Assembly (NCBI GenBank): GCA_937899905.1
Contig: CALCCF010000031.1
Location: forward strand, 3,612 to 67,611
Reading direction: 5' to 3'
Source of the DNA: an uncultured Phycisphaeraceae bacterium
Lineage (GTDB): Bacteria; Planctomycetota; Phycisphaerae; Phycisphaerales; UBA1924
DNA length: 64,000 nucleotides
Shown: positions 10,163-19,456 of the stretch, piece after piece
Layout of the letters: each line of letters opens with the position of its first letter
Position numbering within the stretch: position 1 is the stretch's first letter
Translations under genes and position numbers: made by a program
Notes under the pieces: generated by a model
The model's input: only the letters and a program-made list of their open reading frames with translations
Told to the model about the DNA's origin: nothing
The model's database searches: none

Positions 10163-13100
10163 ATGCGAGTTCCGTTGGCTGTTACTGCCTCCCGAGTCTT
10201 GACCATCCTGGCCGCTGTGGGCATCGCCGCGACGCCCGCGCAGGCGCAGGTTGAGATCGACCTGAGCGTCTCCCCATTCGACCGGCTGCTGCCGCACCAC
10301 GGCTTCGGCAACGAGTCGATGACCGTCTTCGGCACGACCGAGGACGACCGCGACAACCTGCTTCTGGTGCGTGTGTTCGAGCAGGGGGCCGCGTGCGAGA
10401 CCGACGCGCCGCTGCGCGTGTACCGGCAGGAGGCCGACGGCTCGTGGGTCATCGAGGCGGGGATCGACCCGATCCTGTATCAGCATCCGGTGTCGGCCGC
10501 GATCTCGGGCGACACGCTCGTCATCGGCGATGCTCCTGGGTTCCGGTCGTTCGAGGGCCGGGCATTGGTCTACCGCCGCATCGATCGGCAGTGGGTGCTC
10601 GAGTCCGAGCTGCGTGCCGACGAGCCGGGCTTCTGGGACTTCTACGGTGAGGCGGTCGCCATCGACGGCGACACCATCATCGTCGGAGCGCCCAACTTCA
10701 ATAGCGGATCGACCGCGACGAACCCGAGGGATGGAGAGGGCGCGGCCTTCGTCTACCGCCGGACGGGTTCGACCTGGGATCTCGTGCGCCGCTTCGACAA
10801 CCCGGCTCGCGATCCCATCGCGGCGGAGTTCGGCTCGGCCGTCGACGTGGTCGAGCAGTGGCACGGGGCGGAGGTCGCCATCGGTGCGCCGGGGCTCATG
10901 GCCTCTTCAGGTGGGCGCGGCCACGTGTACCGGTACGTCGAGCGTGACGGCTGGGCGTCGATGGGCGGCAAGTCCCTGACGGTGGGCGGCGACGCGGTCT
11001 TCGGCACGCAGGTCGGTCTTGGAACGACCGCTGCCGTGTATGCAGGCAATACGGCGGCCATGCTCATGGACACGAGCACGCCGCTGTACGACATCGATTT
11101 GCTCTTTGCGATCCCGGGCGGGACGGTCGACCGGGTCGATGCGCACTTTACGTACGCGCTGCTTGGGTACCCGGACTTCGACTCCGCCGGTGCCGACGCT
11201 GGTTCGTTCCAGCTCTGGGATCGCGTGACGACGAGGAGCGAGTATCAAGACGAGACACCGGCCTTCGACTGGCCGCTGGATGCCGGGGATCGCCTGGGCG
11301 ATCGGGTCACTCTGAGTTCGGACACCATCGCCGTCGCGGCGCCGGGCGACGACGATGCTGGGCCCAACGCGGGCGTGGTATACACGTGGGACCGCAACCC
11401 GCTGGGGGGCTGGCTCACCGGCGAGCGCATCTCGGTTGGGTTTGCAACACCGAACGGGCGCATGGGCACCTCCTTTGCGGCGACCGAAGAGCGGCTGTTC
11501 GTCGGTGTGCCCGGTGGTGAGCGCTGCGACAAGCCTGGCGGTATGGTGTTTACCTACACCAAGCAGGGCCGCGACTGGGCGCCCGAGTCTCGCATCCAGG
11601 CGCCCGACGTGTCGGCGACGGCTGACTTCGGGGCCGCCGTTGATGTCGATGGCGTGTGGGCCGTGGTCGGCGCGCCGATGGACGGTGACCTGGCAGAGGG
11701 ATCGGCGCACGTCTACCAGAACATCGCGGGCGAGTGGACGCTGGTGCGTTCGCTGCGGCCCGACGGTGTTGAGGCCGACGCCCGGTACGGTGCCACGGTC
11801 GCGATGGATGGCGAGTGGATGGCGGTCGCCGCACCCGAGGGCCGTGGAGGGGCTGCCGAGGCGAGCGGATTCGTTGAGATCTACCGGCGTGTTGGCAGCG
11901 ACTGGACCCTGCAGCGCCGCCTGGATGGAGGGGACGCGCTCGCCGGGCGCGCCGAGATTGGTGCGGCTCTTTCCTTGGAGGGGGATCGGCTGCTCATCGG
12001 TGCGCCCGGGGCCGCGATGGAAACCGGCGCGGTGTTGGCGCTCGAAGCACCATTCACCGGCGCGCCGCAGGTGATCGAGGCGGATCTCGCGATGCCCGGC
12101 GATCGCTTCGGTCACGCCGTCGCGTTCGATGGCGATCACGCGCTCGTCGGAGCACCCGGCACCGGTGCCGATCAGGGCACAATCTACACGGCCGAGTTCT
12201 CTGGGGCGTGGAGTGCGCCCGAGGAGATCGCCGGCCTGCCGACCACGGCGGGCGCTCGGCTTGGCACGTCGCTCGATCTGCTCGGTCGTGCTGGTATCGC
12301 TGGTGCGCCGGGTGCAGGTGTCGCCTCGATGGTGTACCGCACCAGCGAGGGTTGGCAGTGGTTCGCCGATCGCCAGGGCGATGCGGCCGCGGGCTATGGG
12401 CAGAACGTCATGCTCGTTGGCGACCTGATGCTGGTGGCCGCGCCAGAGGACGGCACGCTGACCGAGCGCGGCGGCTCGGTCGAGGTCGACCTGTTCGACT
12501 ACTCGTTCGAGGTCGTCGAGTGCCCGGACACGGCCGACCCCCAGCCCATCGACACGGTCATCAATCCGGATCGCGAAGCGTTCGACTTGCTGGGCTATTC
12601 GATTGCGGTTTCGGGCGATGCTGCCGTCATCGGTGCCCCTTACGAAGCGATCGAGTATCTCGATCCCTTTGGCACCCCGCGCACCGATCCCACGGGCGGC
12701 ACGGCGTACGTGTATCGCCGCGTCGAGCCGTACCGCTGGGAGCGTGAGGCCGATCTGAATCGCCTCATCGGCGTCGATCCCGCCATCGGCTGGTTCGGCT
12801 GGTCGGTCGACATGCTCGGCGATCGCATCCTCGTCGGTGCGCCCGAGGCCGATACGCCCGTGTCGCCGCGCGGCGGCGCGTACCTGTTCGAGCGCACGCT
12901 CGATGGCTGGCAGCGGACCCACACGTTGCTTCCACGAGACGGGCTGCCGATCACACCGTTTGGCGTCGCCGTCGGCATGAGCGAGCGCACGCTCGTCGCG
13001 GGCCAACCCGAGATGTCCGTCGACGCGATCCGCCCGGGTGTGGTCTGGGTCTCCGAGCGCGAGGGCCCGGTCTGGCTCGCACCCGACATCTTGTCTCCGC

Positions 13101-13942
13101 TGCAGCCCCAAGACGGCGAGAAGTTCGGCCGCGCAATCGAGGTCACGGACCAGTGGCTCTTCGTGGGCGCGCCCAACCACACCGTGGGCACGAGCCAGGC
13201 GGCCGGTCGCGTCGTCGTGTTCCGCTGGACGGGCGACTTCTGGACCGAGCACCTGTCGCTGTTCGCGCCGATGCCCGTGACCCTCGACCGCTTCGGCACC
13301 GACATCGCGTGCTTTGGCGACACACTCGTGATCGGCGCGCCGTATGGCGACGGGATGGGCGTGATCAACTCTGGCGTCGGGCACGTATTCGAGTTTGACG
13401 CGGCGACCGAGCTGTGGACGCACCGCCACGAGCTGAGCTCGGCCGACGCCGATGGTGGAGACCACATCGGCTTCTCGGTGGCGGTCAGCGAGTTCACGAT
13501 CGCGCTGGGCGGCTATGGCTTGGCCGATCCGGTGACGGGCACATCGAGCGGTGCGGTTGCGGTGTTCAAGCCCGACGGTTCTGGAGGATGGACCGAGGCT
13601 GCCACGCACTATCCTGCGACCGGCAGCGATCTCGAGCGCTTCGGCCACGATGTCGCGCTCGAGGGTGGCAACCTGTGGGTCGCCGCTCCCTACGCCGACG
13701 ACGATCCTGCCGGCGTCACGTCGTTGTTCGACTCGGGGCGGGCGTACACGATTGACCTCGAGTGCGCGTCCCCGTGCCCGATCGATCTTGGCGCGCCCTT
13801 CGGCGTGGTCGACGTGTTCGACTTCCTGGCGTTCCTTGACTTGTTCGGCCGAGGCGACCCCGCCGCGGATATCAACGGCGATGGCATCCTGGACACGTTC
13901 GACTTCCTGGAGTTCTTGAACCTGTTTGGTGCGGGGTGCTGA
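10163..13942 (+). CDS. Large secreted FG-GAP repeat protein with a C-terminal dockerin-like GC module
   Basis: An internal ATG at 10163 gives the signal peptide MRVPLAVTASRVLTILAAVGIAATPAQAQ. Many integrin-alpha-type FG-GAP repeats are present (FGSAVDV..IGAP, FGAAVDVDGVWAVVGAP, YGATVAMDGEWMAVAAP, FGHAVAFDGDHALVGAP). The protein ends ...DINGDGILDTFDFLEFLNLFGAGC. Confidence 0.8.
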   Translation: MRVPLAVTASRVLTILAAVGIAATPAQAQVEIDLSVSPFDRLLPHHGFGNESMTVFGTTEDDRDNLLLVRVFEQGAACETDAPLRVYRQEADGSWVIEAGIDPILYQHPVSAAISGDTLVIGDAPGFRSFEGRALVYRRIDRQWVLESELRADEPGFWDFYGEAVAIDGDTIIVGAPNFNSGSTATNPRDGEGAAFVYRRTGSTWDLVRRFDNPARDPIAAEFGSAVDVVEQWHGAEVAIGAPGLMASSGGRGHVYRYVERDGWASMGGKSLTVGGDAVFGTQVGLGTTAAVYAGNTAAMLMDTSTPLYDIDLLFAIPGGTVDRVDAHFTYALLGYPDFDSAGADAGSFQLWDRVTTRSEYQDETPAFDWPLDAGDRLGDRVTLSSDTIAVAAPGDDDAGPNAGVVYTWDRNPLGGWLTGERISVGFATPNGRMGTSFAATEERLFVGVPGGERCDKPGGMVFTYTKQGRDWAPESRIQAPDVSATADFGAAVDVDGVWAVVGAPMDGDLAEGSAHVYQNIAGEWTLVRSLRPDGVEADARYGATVAMDGEWMAVAAPEGRGGAAEASGFVEIYRRVGSDWTLQRRLDGGDALAGRAEIGAALSLEGDRLLIGAPGAAMETGAVLALEAPFTGAPQVIEADLAMPGDRFGHAVAFDGDHALVGAPGTGADQGTIYTAEFSGAWSAPEEIAGLPTTAGARLGTSLDLLGRAGIAGAPGAGVASMVYRTSEGWQWFADRQGDAAAGYGQNVMLVGDLMLVAAPEDGTLTERGGSVEVDLFDYSFEVVECPDTADPQPIDTVINPDREAFDLLGYSIAVSGDAAVIGAPYEAIEYLDPFGTPRTDPTGGTAYVYRRVEPYRWEREADLNRLIGVDPAIGWFGWSVDMLGDRILVGAPEADTPVSPRGGAYLFERTLDGWQRTHTLLPRDGLPITPFGVAVGMSERTLVAGQPEMSVDAIRPGVVWVSEREGPVWLAPDILSPLQPQDGEKFGRAIEVTDQWLFVGAPNHTVGTSQAAGRVVVFRWTGDFWTEHLSLFAPMPVTLDRFGTDIACFGDTLVIGAPYGDGMGVINSGVGHVFEFDAATELWTHRHELSSADADGGDHIGFSVAVSEFTIALGGYGLADPVTGTSSGAVAVFKPDGSGGWTEAATHYPATGSDLERFGHDVALEGGNLWVAAPYADDDPAGVTSLFDSGRAYTIDLECASPCPIDLGAPFGVVDVFDFLAFLDLFGRGDPAADINGDGILDTFDFLEFLNLFGAGC
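13775..13939 (+). repeat. Dockerin-like GC module, copy in the FG-GAP giant (first loop degenerate)
   Basis: CPIDLGAPFGVVDVFDFLAFLDLFGRGDPAADINGDGILDTFDFLEFLNLFGAGC, with the stop directly after the terminal Cys. Confidence 0.7.
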
Positions 13943-14077
13943 AGAGGGAACTGCCAAGACCTCCGGGCGTGGAAGCGCGTTCGGGTGGTGTTTGACACAT
14001 CGAGCCATGCTCTGATCCCGCGGTCGCTCGTAACCTCGGTCGTCCTCGCCGCGTACGAATGGGCGGAGGAAGGACGC

Positions 14078-16528
14078 ATGCCGAATACCCAGATCTTCTC
14101 CTGGCCTCTCGTGATCGCGATGGGCCTGGTGTTCGTTTTTGGACGGCCCGTGGGGGCCCAGCCGTGTGAGCCGGAGTGGACACAGGATGCATCCGGCACG
14201 CCGGGCGTGGCCGGCACCGTCCGAGCGATAGCGCAGTGGGACGATGGGACGGGCGAGGCGATCTACGTTGGGTGGGAGGGCCGCGCCGTTGGCCAGATAT
14301 CCGAGACCGTCATCGCCCGCTTCGACGGTGATCGCTGGACGGCCCTTTCGGACGACCTCGGCAGCCGCATTCGTGGACGAGCTCGAAAGATAGCGGTGCT
14401 CGATGACGGAACGGGCGAAGCCTTGTACGTTGGTGGCACCATCGACCGAATCGGCGATCGTGAGGTCCTGGGCATCGCACGGTGGGACGGACGGTCGTGG
14501 TCGTCCGTTGGCGATGGGCTGATTGGCGATCTTGAGGAACTAACCATGTTCGATGATGGCAGCGGCCCGGCCATCTATGCGGGGGGTTCGTTCTTTCGAT
14601 CGGGTGGCCGCAACATCGGCAGTCTTGCTCGGTGGGATGGAACGCAGTGGATTGCGGCTGGAGCGGCGGCTGGGATGTTCGGCGGCGATGTTGAGTCGCT
14701 CGCTGTGCGAGATGGCGTTCTATACATCGGTGGGGATTGGCTCTCGGTAGACGATGTCCCGATCGGCCGGGTTGTGAGTTGGGATGGGAACGCGTGGTCC
14801 GCGGTCGGTGGGCAAATCGGCTTCTTCCCAAGTGACACCGTGCAGGCGGTTTGCTGGCACGACGATGGCTCCGGACCAGCGCTGTATGCCGCGGGCCGGT
14901 TTGCCGAAGCCGGCGGCACGCCGGTAAGCAACATCGCCCGATGGGATGGAGTCCAGTGGAGTGCGGTTGGTGGGGGGCTGAATGGCCTTGTCTTCGATCT
15001 GGCATCGATTCGAACGAGTGAGGGGCCGCGGCTGGTCGCCACCGGGTTGTTTGACCAAGCCGGTGGCGTCGACCAACTCCGGTTGGCCGCTTGGGATGGT
15101 GAGGAATGGGGTCCTATGCCGGGCGACATGCCCGGGCAGGGACTGAACGGGAGCGGTGGTGTTGACCTTCAGGCCACGGATGAGGGGGCAACCGATGCAC
15201 TCTACGTCGGCGGCACCTTCTCTCAGACTGGCCGCGTTGGTTTGCAGAGCATTGGGCGCTGGTTTGATGGTGGCTGGGCGCCCGTTGGCCGCTGGCTCGG
15301 CGGAACAGGTTCTCCTGTCGTCACCACGCTTGTTGAGCTCGACGATGGCTCGGGCCCGGCGTTGTACGCGACCGGTCGATTCTGGGCAGCGGGCGGTGAG
15401 CAAGCGGGGAACGTGGCGCGCTGGGACGGCCAAGGCTGGACACCCATCGGAACCGAGTTGTCGGCCGGCGATGAGTCCGCGTTGGTGAGGTCTTTGGTGG
15501 TCTTCGACGACGGAAGCGGACCGGTGCTGTACGCTAGTGGGAGCTTCTTCCTCCGTGAAGGTGCCGCGCAGTCGGCGGTCGCGCGTTGGAGCGGCGCAGC
15601 GTGGGAACCAGTGGGTCTCTTGCCCCCGGGTGGTAGCGGCATTACAACGCTCGCGGTGTTTGATCGAGGCGATGGTGCCGCGTTGTACGCCGGCGGTGCG
15701 TCTTCTCGCTCGGGGCCGGGAGGCCAGACGACGAACTTTGTCCGATGGAACGGCGCCGAGTGGGAGCCCGCGGGCGGGGGCGTTGATGGGCCAGTGGGAG
15801 ATCTGATCGTCCATGACGATGGAAGCGGGCCTGCCCTTTTCCTCATCGGACAATTCATGACGCGAGACGGCTCGGCGATCCAGAACCTCGCTCGCTGGGA
15901 CGGTTCGACGTGGTCGGATGTCGGCGGCGCTGCGCCAACGAACCCATTTTCGATCGTGTCCGACGGCGGGGTCCTCTACGTAGGTGGCTCCTTTGACTCC
16001 ATCGGTGGTGTTGCCGCCCAGGGCATCGCCGCGTGGGATGGCGACGATTGGACGGCGTTCGGTCTTGGGATCGACGGCTCTGTTTCCGCAATTGCCGTGC
16101 ACGATGACGGCTCGGGCCCCGCGTTGTACGCGGCCGGCAATGCGCGCCGGAGTGGTACACAAACCATCGACAACATTGCGCGATGGGATGGATCGGCGTG
16201 GATGCCGCTTGAATCTGGTCTCGGCTCGAGCCGGGAGTGGGTTAATGCGCTGGCCTCACACAACGATGGCTCGGGACCGACCTTATTCGCCGGAGGCAAC
16301 TTCTTTGACTCGGGCGACGTGTGGACGCCGCTGATTGCTACATGGCGATGCCCTCCTGGATCGTGCCCTGCCGACTTCGACAGCGATGGCCGGCTCACAC
16401 TTTTTGACTTCCTCGCGTTCCAGAACGCGTTCGATTCGGGTGATCTGGCCGCCGACTTCGACGGCGATGGCCGGCTGACGCTGTTCGACTTCCTCGCGTT
16501 CCAGAACGAATTCGACACGGGATGCTGA
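14078..16528 (+). CDS. Secreted repeat (propeller-like) protein with a C-terminal dockerin-like GC module
   Basis: The ATG at 14078 is preceded by GGAGGAAGGA. The N-terminal hydrophobic signal is MPNTQIFSWPLVIAMGLVFVFGRPVGAQP. About a dozen ~55-60-aa repeats follow, of the form DDGSGPALYAGG.F...GG....IARWDG..W..VG.G. The protein ends ...DFDGDGRLTLFDFLAFQNEFDTGC. Confidence 0.8.
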   Translation: MPNTQIFSWPLVIAMGLVFVFGRPVGAQPCEPEWTQDASGTPGVAGTVRAIAQWDDGTGEAIYVGWEGRAVGQISETVIARFDGDRWTALSDDLGSRIRGRARKIAVLDDGTGEALYVGGTIDRIGDREVLGIARWDGRSWSSVGDGLIGDLEELTMFDDGSGPAIYAGGSFFRSGGRNIGSLARWDGTQWIAAGAAAGMFGGDVESLAVRDGVLYIGGDWLSVDDVPIGRVVSWDGNAWSAVGGQIGFFPSDTVQAVCWHDDGSGPALYAAGRFAEAGGTPVSNIARWDGVQWSAVGGGLNGLVFDLASIRTSEGPRLVATGLFDQAGGVDQLRLAAWDGEEWGPMPGDMPGQGLNGSGGVDLQATDEGATDALYVGGTFSQTGRVGLQSIGRWFDGGWAPVGRWLGGTGSPVVTTLVELDDGSGPALYATGRFWAAGGEQAGNVARWDGQGWTPIGTELSAGDESALVRSLVVFDDGSGPVLYASGSFFLREGAAQSAVARWSGAAWEPVGLLPPGGSGITTLAVFDRGDGAALYAGGASSRSGPGGQTTNFVRWNGAEWEPAGGGVDGPVGDLIVHDDGSGPALFLIGQFMTRDGSAIQNLARWDGSTWSDVGGAAPTNPFSIVSDGGVLYVGGSFDSIGGVAAQGIAAWDGDDWTAFGLGIDGSVSAIAVHDDGSGPALYAAGNARRSGTQTIDNIARWDGSAWMPLESGLGSSREWVNALASHNDGSGPTLFAGGNFFDSGDVWTPLIATWRCPPGSCPADFDSDGRLTLFDFLAFQNAFDSGDLAADFDGDGRLTLFDFLAFQNEFDTGC
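16364..16525 (+). repeat. Dockerin-like GC module (two near-identical F-hand halves)
   Basis: CPADFDSDGRLTLFDFLAFQNAFDSGDLAADFDGDGRLTLFDFLAFQNEFDTGC. The DNA halves share CTGTTCGACTTCCTCGCGTTCCAGAAC-type strings. Confidence 0.75.
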
Positions 16529-17019
16529 TGGTCATCCGAGGTCTGGGCTGGAAGCGTGCCATAATCGCCGGCGAGCTCGCGCTCGTGCTGGGCTTCACGG
16601 CGTGCGCCTCCCAGGGCACGCGTGTGCCGCCCGAGCCGGCGCTCGGGAGCGGTTCCGAAGGCGCGCGCGTGGCGCTCGCAACGGGCCCCCGCGCGCACCT
16701 GCCCAACCCCGTCATCGACTTGGGGACCCACCTCGACACGAGGGTCGTCAGCACGACGGTCGCGATCCAGAACGTGGGCGATGAGGTGCTCGAGTTGCAC
16801 TACGTGCCTCGATACTCGGCCGCAGATCCGGGAACGGTGATAGTGCAGCCCGGCGAAACCTACGAGGACACGGCCCGGTTGGACTTGCACCGAAGGCCGC
16901 CTGGCGACGTCGAGTTCCCGCTGCGTTGGCGCACGAACGACCCGGAGAACCCGTTCATCACGATCACGCTTCGGGCCCACGTTCGCGGGATCGTGGAGAC
17001 TACAGTGACGCCGCGTTGA
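16522..17019 (+). CDS. Putative lipoprotein with a DUF1573-like beta-sandwich
   Basis: The start overlaps the upstream stop by 7 nt. The N-terminus has a signal with a lipobox-like LGFTAC. VIDLGTHLDTRVVSTTVAIQNVGDEVLELHYV resembles the DUF1573 pattern. Confidence 0.55.
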   Translation: MLMVIRGLGWKRAIIAGELALVLGFTACASQGTRVPPEPALGSGSEGARVALATGPRAHLPNPVIDLGTHLDTRVVSTTVAIQNVGDEVLELHYVPRYSAADPGTVIVQPGETYEDTARLDLHRRPPGDVEFPLRWRTNDPENPFITITLRAHVRGIVETTVTPR

Positions 17020-17032
17020 GGGACGCCCGATT

Positions 17033-17052
17033 GGCGAGGGGCCGCCCTCGCC
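17033..17052. terminator. GC-rich hairpin between convergent genes (possible bidirectional terminator)
   Basis: GGCGAGGG-gccg-CCCTCGCC forms an 8-bp stem. There is no clear T tract. Confidence 0.35.
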
Positions 17053-17267
17053 TACCGAATCTCGATCGAGCGGATCGCGCCATTCGGCTCGCGCTGCACG
17101 ACGACGACCTGCCCGGGCTCGAGCGATCCAGGTGCGAGCGCACGGCCATCTTGTGTGATGCGGCAGTCCTCGGACAGGCTCACGTGGAGGGTCTGGTTGT
17201 CTTGTGTGCGCAGCCGTAGCTCGAGGGGCCACGATTCCAGGACGTCGATGATCGTTGCGGTGGTCAT
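17052..17267 (-). CDS. Small hypothetical protein (71 aa), downstream of the S1 protease
   Basis: It is an ATG-initiated ORF with GGAG 6-7 nt upstream. The composition is beta-rich and no motif is recognised. It is on the same strand as the protease, 81 nt downstream of it. Confidence 0.45.
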   Translation of the reverse strand: MTTATIIDVLESWPLELRLRTQDNQTLHVSLSEDCRITQDGRALAPGSLEPGQVVVVQREPNGAIRSIEIR

Positions 17268-17348
17268 AGCGGCTCCACTCTAGAAATCCCGCCCGAGGCC
17301 GGTAAGCCAGGGGCGGGAGGGTCAGCGTGTCAGGCTCCGGTGGTGCGG

Positions 17349-18371
17349 TCAGGCACCCTTCGCCTTCCAGCTCTTCATGTTCTTGAAGACCTTGCTGTTG
17401 ATCCGCGTGGACTTGTTCGGGCATCCGCCGTATGCGTGGATACCGACGGCGTGGCGCTTTCCGCCGCGGAAGCGCCAGGTCGGGCTGCCGCTATGCCCAC
17501 CGAAGGTATCCAGCATGTAGTAGAGCCTGCGCGACGTCACGCGGGTGATGCGACCGGCGTTGTACCACTGCGTGCCGAACGCCTTGTCGCCCGCGTACCC
17601 GCTGTTGTTCACCAGCAGGTTTTTAAGCGAACTGGTCTTGAGAGACGCGAAGCCGAACCAGCCCGTGCGCTTGCCCAGGGGTTTGGACTTGGGCAGGATG
17701 ATGCACCCGTAGTCGTACCCCGGCTTTCGGCTCTTCGTCCAACCCTTGACGCTGTAGAAGCGTGTGCCCACGGCGGAGCCGAAGGGACGAAGCGAGCCGT
17801 TCATGCCCGGGATGACCTCGATCTGCTTGGCCCATCCGCCGGCGGAGTGGCTGTAGACGCAGTGGCCCGCGGTCATCACGGTGCGCGGCGAAATGAACCA
17901 GCCCGTACAGCGCGACTTGCTGCCGTCGCGCCGGGTGATGATCAGCTGGCACACCATGCGCCACGGCACGCGCGTCACGGCCGTGACGTGCACGCGATCA
18001 TCGCGGCCGCACACGCTCTCGGGAGACTCGCCAAACTCCAGATCGCACGACCTGGGTAGGGCGTTGAGCGTCGGATCGACCGGAACCTGCTCGGCGCCGA
18101 ACCCTTCGGTCATCGCGAAGTTTTCGTCGAAGCCGGGAGCGGACTCGAGCGTGCCCGCACCATGGGTCTCGATGCCAAGTCCTTCTTCGACGAGGTCACC
18201 ACTGCCCTCGCCGTCGAAGTCATCGTCATACCCGCGGTCATCCTCGTCGTTGTCGCCATCGCCGTCAGAATCTGCGGCACTCGACACCGACTCGTAGTCT
18301 GCCGCGGAGCCCTGGCCTTCCTCGTCGTCGGCCACATCAAACTCGATCGCGTCATCATAATCGTCTGGCAT
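17349..18371 (-). CDS. Trypsin-like serine endopeptidase (S1, V8/glutamyl-endopeptidase-like) with a poly-acidic N-terminal region and no signal peptide
   Basis: The ATG at 18371 is preceded by AGGAGG. The catalytic triad context is TAGHCVY (His), GYDYGCIIL (Asp) and DTFGGHSGSP (Ser). The first ~70 aa are about 40% Asp/Glu (MPDDYDDAIEFDVADDEEG...DGDGDNDEDDRGYDDDFDGEG). Confidence 0.8.
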   Translation of the reverse strand: MPDDYDDAIEFDVADDEEGQGSAADYESVSSAADSDGDGDNDEDDRGYDDDFDGEGSGDLVEEGLGIETHGAGTLESAPGFDENFAMTEGFGAEQVPVDPTLNALPRSCDLEFGESPESVCGRDDRVHVTAVTRVPWRMVCQLIITRRDGSKSRCTGWFISPRTVMTAGHCVYSHSAGGWAKQIEVIPGMNGSLRPFGSAVGTRFYSVKGWTKSRKPGYDYGCIILPKSKPLGKRTGWFGFASLKTSSLKNLLVNNSGYAGDKAFGTQWYNAGRITRVTSRRLYYMLDTFGGHSGSPTWRFRGGKRHAVGIHAYGGCPNKSTRINSKVFKNMKSWKAKGA

Positions 18372-18681
18372 TTCTTTGCCTCCTGATCTGGGGTTGCCGG
18401 CGATGGGGAGCCGCCGGCTCATTGCTTGAAGGTTGCACGAGACAACCCGTACCCGCATGCCACCGGATTCGGGGAAGGCTCGTGCGCACGCATCGGTGCA
18501 AATTTCAGGAAAGGGCTAAGTCGTGCTGAATCCAAGCGGTAGACGTCAAATACTTGGACAGAGGTTTGGAGTCGCTGCGACGGCCGTTGGCGAGTCGACT
18601 GCCGCCGGCTGCGGCCTTGTGAGATGGTGAGCGGGCTGCGCCGTGTGGCCGCGGCTGCGATCGAGCGGAAGGGGTACACCC

Positions 18682-19038
18682 ATGCTGATCCGTATTGACG
18701 GCGACCAGATCACCGGCTGGAGTTCCTTCCACGACGTCTTCGCGGAGGCGCTTGGGTTTCCTGAGTTCTATGGACGCAATATGGCTGCTTGGGTGGACTG
18801 CCTCACGAGCCTCGGTGATCCCGAAGATGGGATGACGAGCATCCATGTGTCCCCACCGGCCGTCTTAACGATCCAGATCGACAACGCCGCACAGTGGCTG
18901 CGTCGCGATCCCGAGATGTTTCGCGCGATGGTTGATAGCGCGGCGTTTGTCAACGCGAGGCGGATCGGTCTGGGTGAGCCTCCGGTCTTGTGTCTCTCGT
19001 ACCACGTTTCCGACTCGACCGAAATCGACGATGGATGA
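18682..19038 (+). CDS. Barstar-family (RNase inhibitor / immunity) protein
   Basis: I chose the internal ATG at 18682. MLIRIDGDQITGWSSFHDVFAEALGFPEFYGRNMAAWVDCLTS aligns by eye with barstar [41 protein letters not shown]. Confidence 0.75.
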   Translation: MLIRIDGDQITGWSSFHDVFAEALGFPEFYGRNMAAWVDCLTSLGDPEDGMTSIHVSPPAVLTIQIDNAAQWLRRDPEMFRAMVDSAAFVNARRIGLGEPPVLCLSYHVSDSTEIDDG

Positions 19039-19456
19039 GCAATCGCCGGATTCGATCGAAGCGCAACTGGCCGACGCAATTCGTGGGTGGTGCTCGAGCA
19101 GCGCGTACGCCAAGGGCCGCCGAGATTACATCGGCGTTGCGGTGCGGGACTACCAACCTTCGGATGCTTCGTTCGCCTTGGAGTTGCGATTCAAGTCAGG
19201 CGGAAGGTACTGCTGCTTCGAGTCGGGATGCCATGTTGGGAATCTGGGCGCGAGGTGGTGGCGTAGGGTTCGAGCCGAACTCGATCGCATCGGATTCGAT
19301 GGGCCGCCGCGGCTTCGGATACGCACTCTGGAGTTCGTGATCGAAGACGGAGCCCAGTGGGGGCTTCGACGCCCGGACGATGATCGCCCGCTTCGGCCCG
19401 TCAGCGGCTACAGGTACACCATCGAAGGGACGGCCGAACCGGATTCAGGTGAGTGA
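19031..19456 (+). CDS. Hypothetical protein (141 aa), translationally coupled to the barstar-like gene
   Basis: The ATG at 19031 overlaps the barstar stop (ATGGATGA, 8-nt overlap). No motif is recognised. The protein is Cys/Arg/Trp-rich (GGRYCCFESGCHVGNLGARWWRR). Confidence 0.5.
   Translation: MDEQSPDSIEAQLADAIRGWCSSSAYAKGRRDYIGVAVRDYQPSDASFALELRFKSGGRYCCFESGCHVGNLGARWWRRVRAELDRIGFDGPPRLRIRTLEFVIEDGAQWGLRRPDDDRPLRPVSGYRYTIEGTAEPDSGE

Noticed and set aside
10907-14008. A 1033-aa ORF on the minus strand, spanning the FG-GAP gene.
   Set aside because: It is exactly antisense to a gene with strong repeat and signal-peptide evidence. Its translation is Arg/Gly/Ala/Pro/His-rich with no motifs. 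It is a typical stop-free shadow frame in ~70% GC DNA.
14720-17424. Two minus-strand ORFs of about 480 aa (14720-16162 and 15976-17424), plus similar long minus-strand ORFs at 25618-27144 (508 aa) and 30733-32424 (563 aa).
   Set aside because: They are antisense to genes supported by signal peptides, repeats and the conserved C-terminal module, or by MqnE motifs. They have no motifs of their own.
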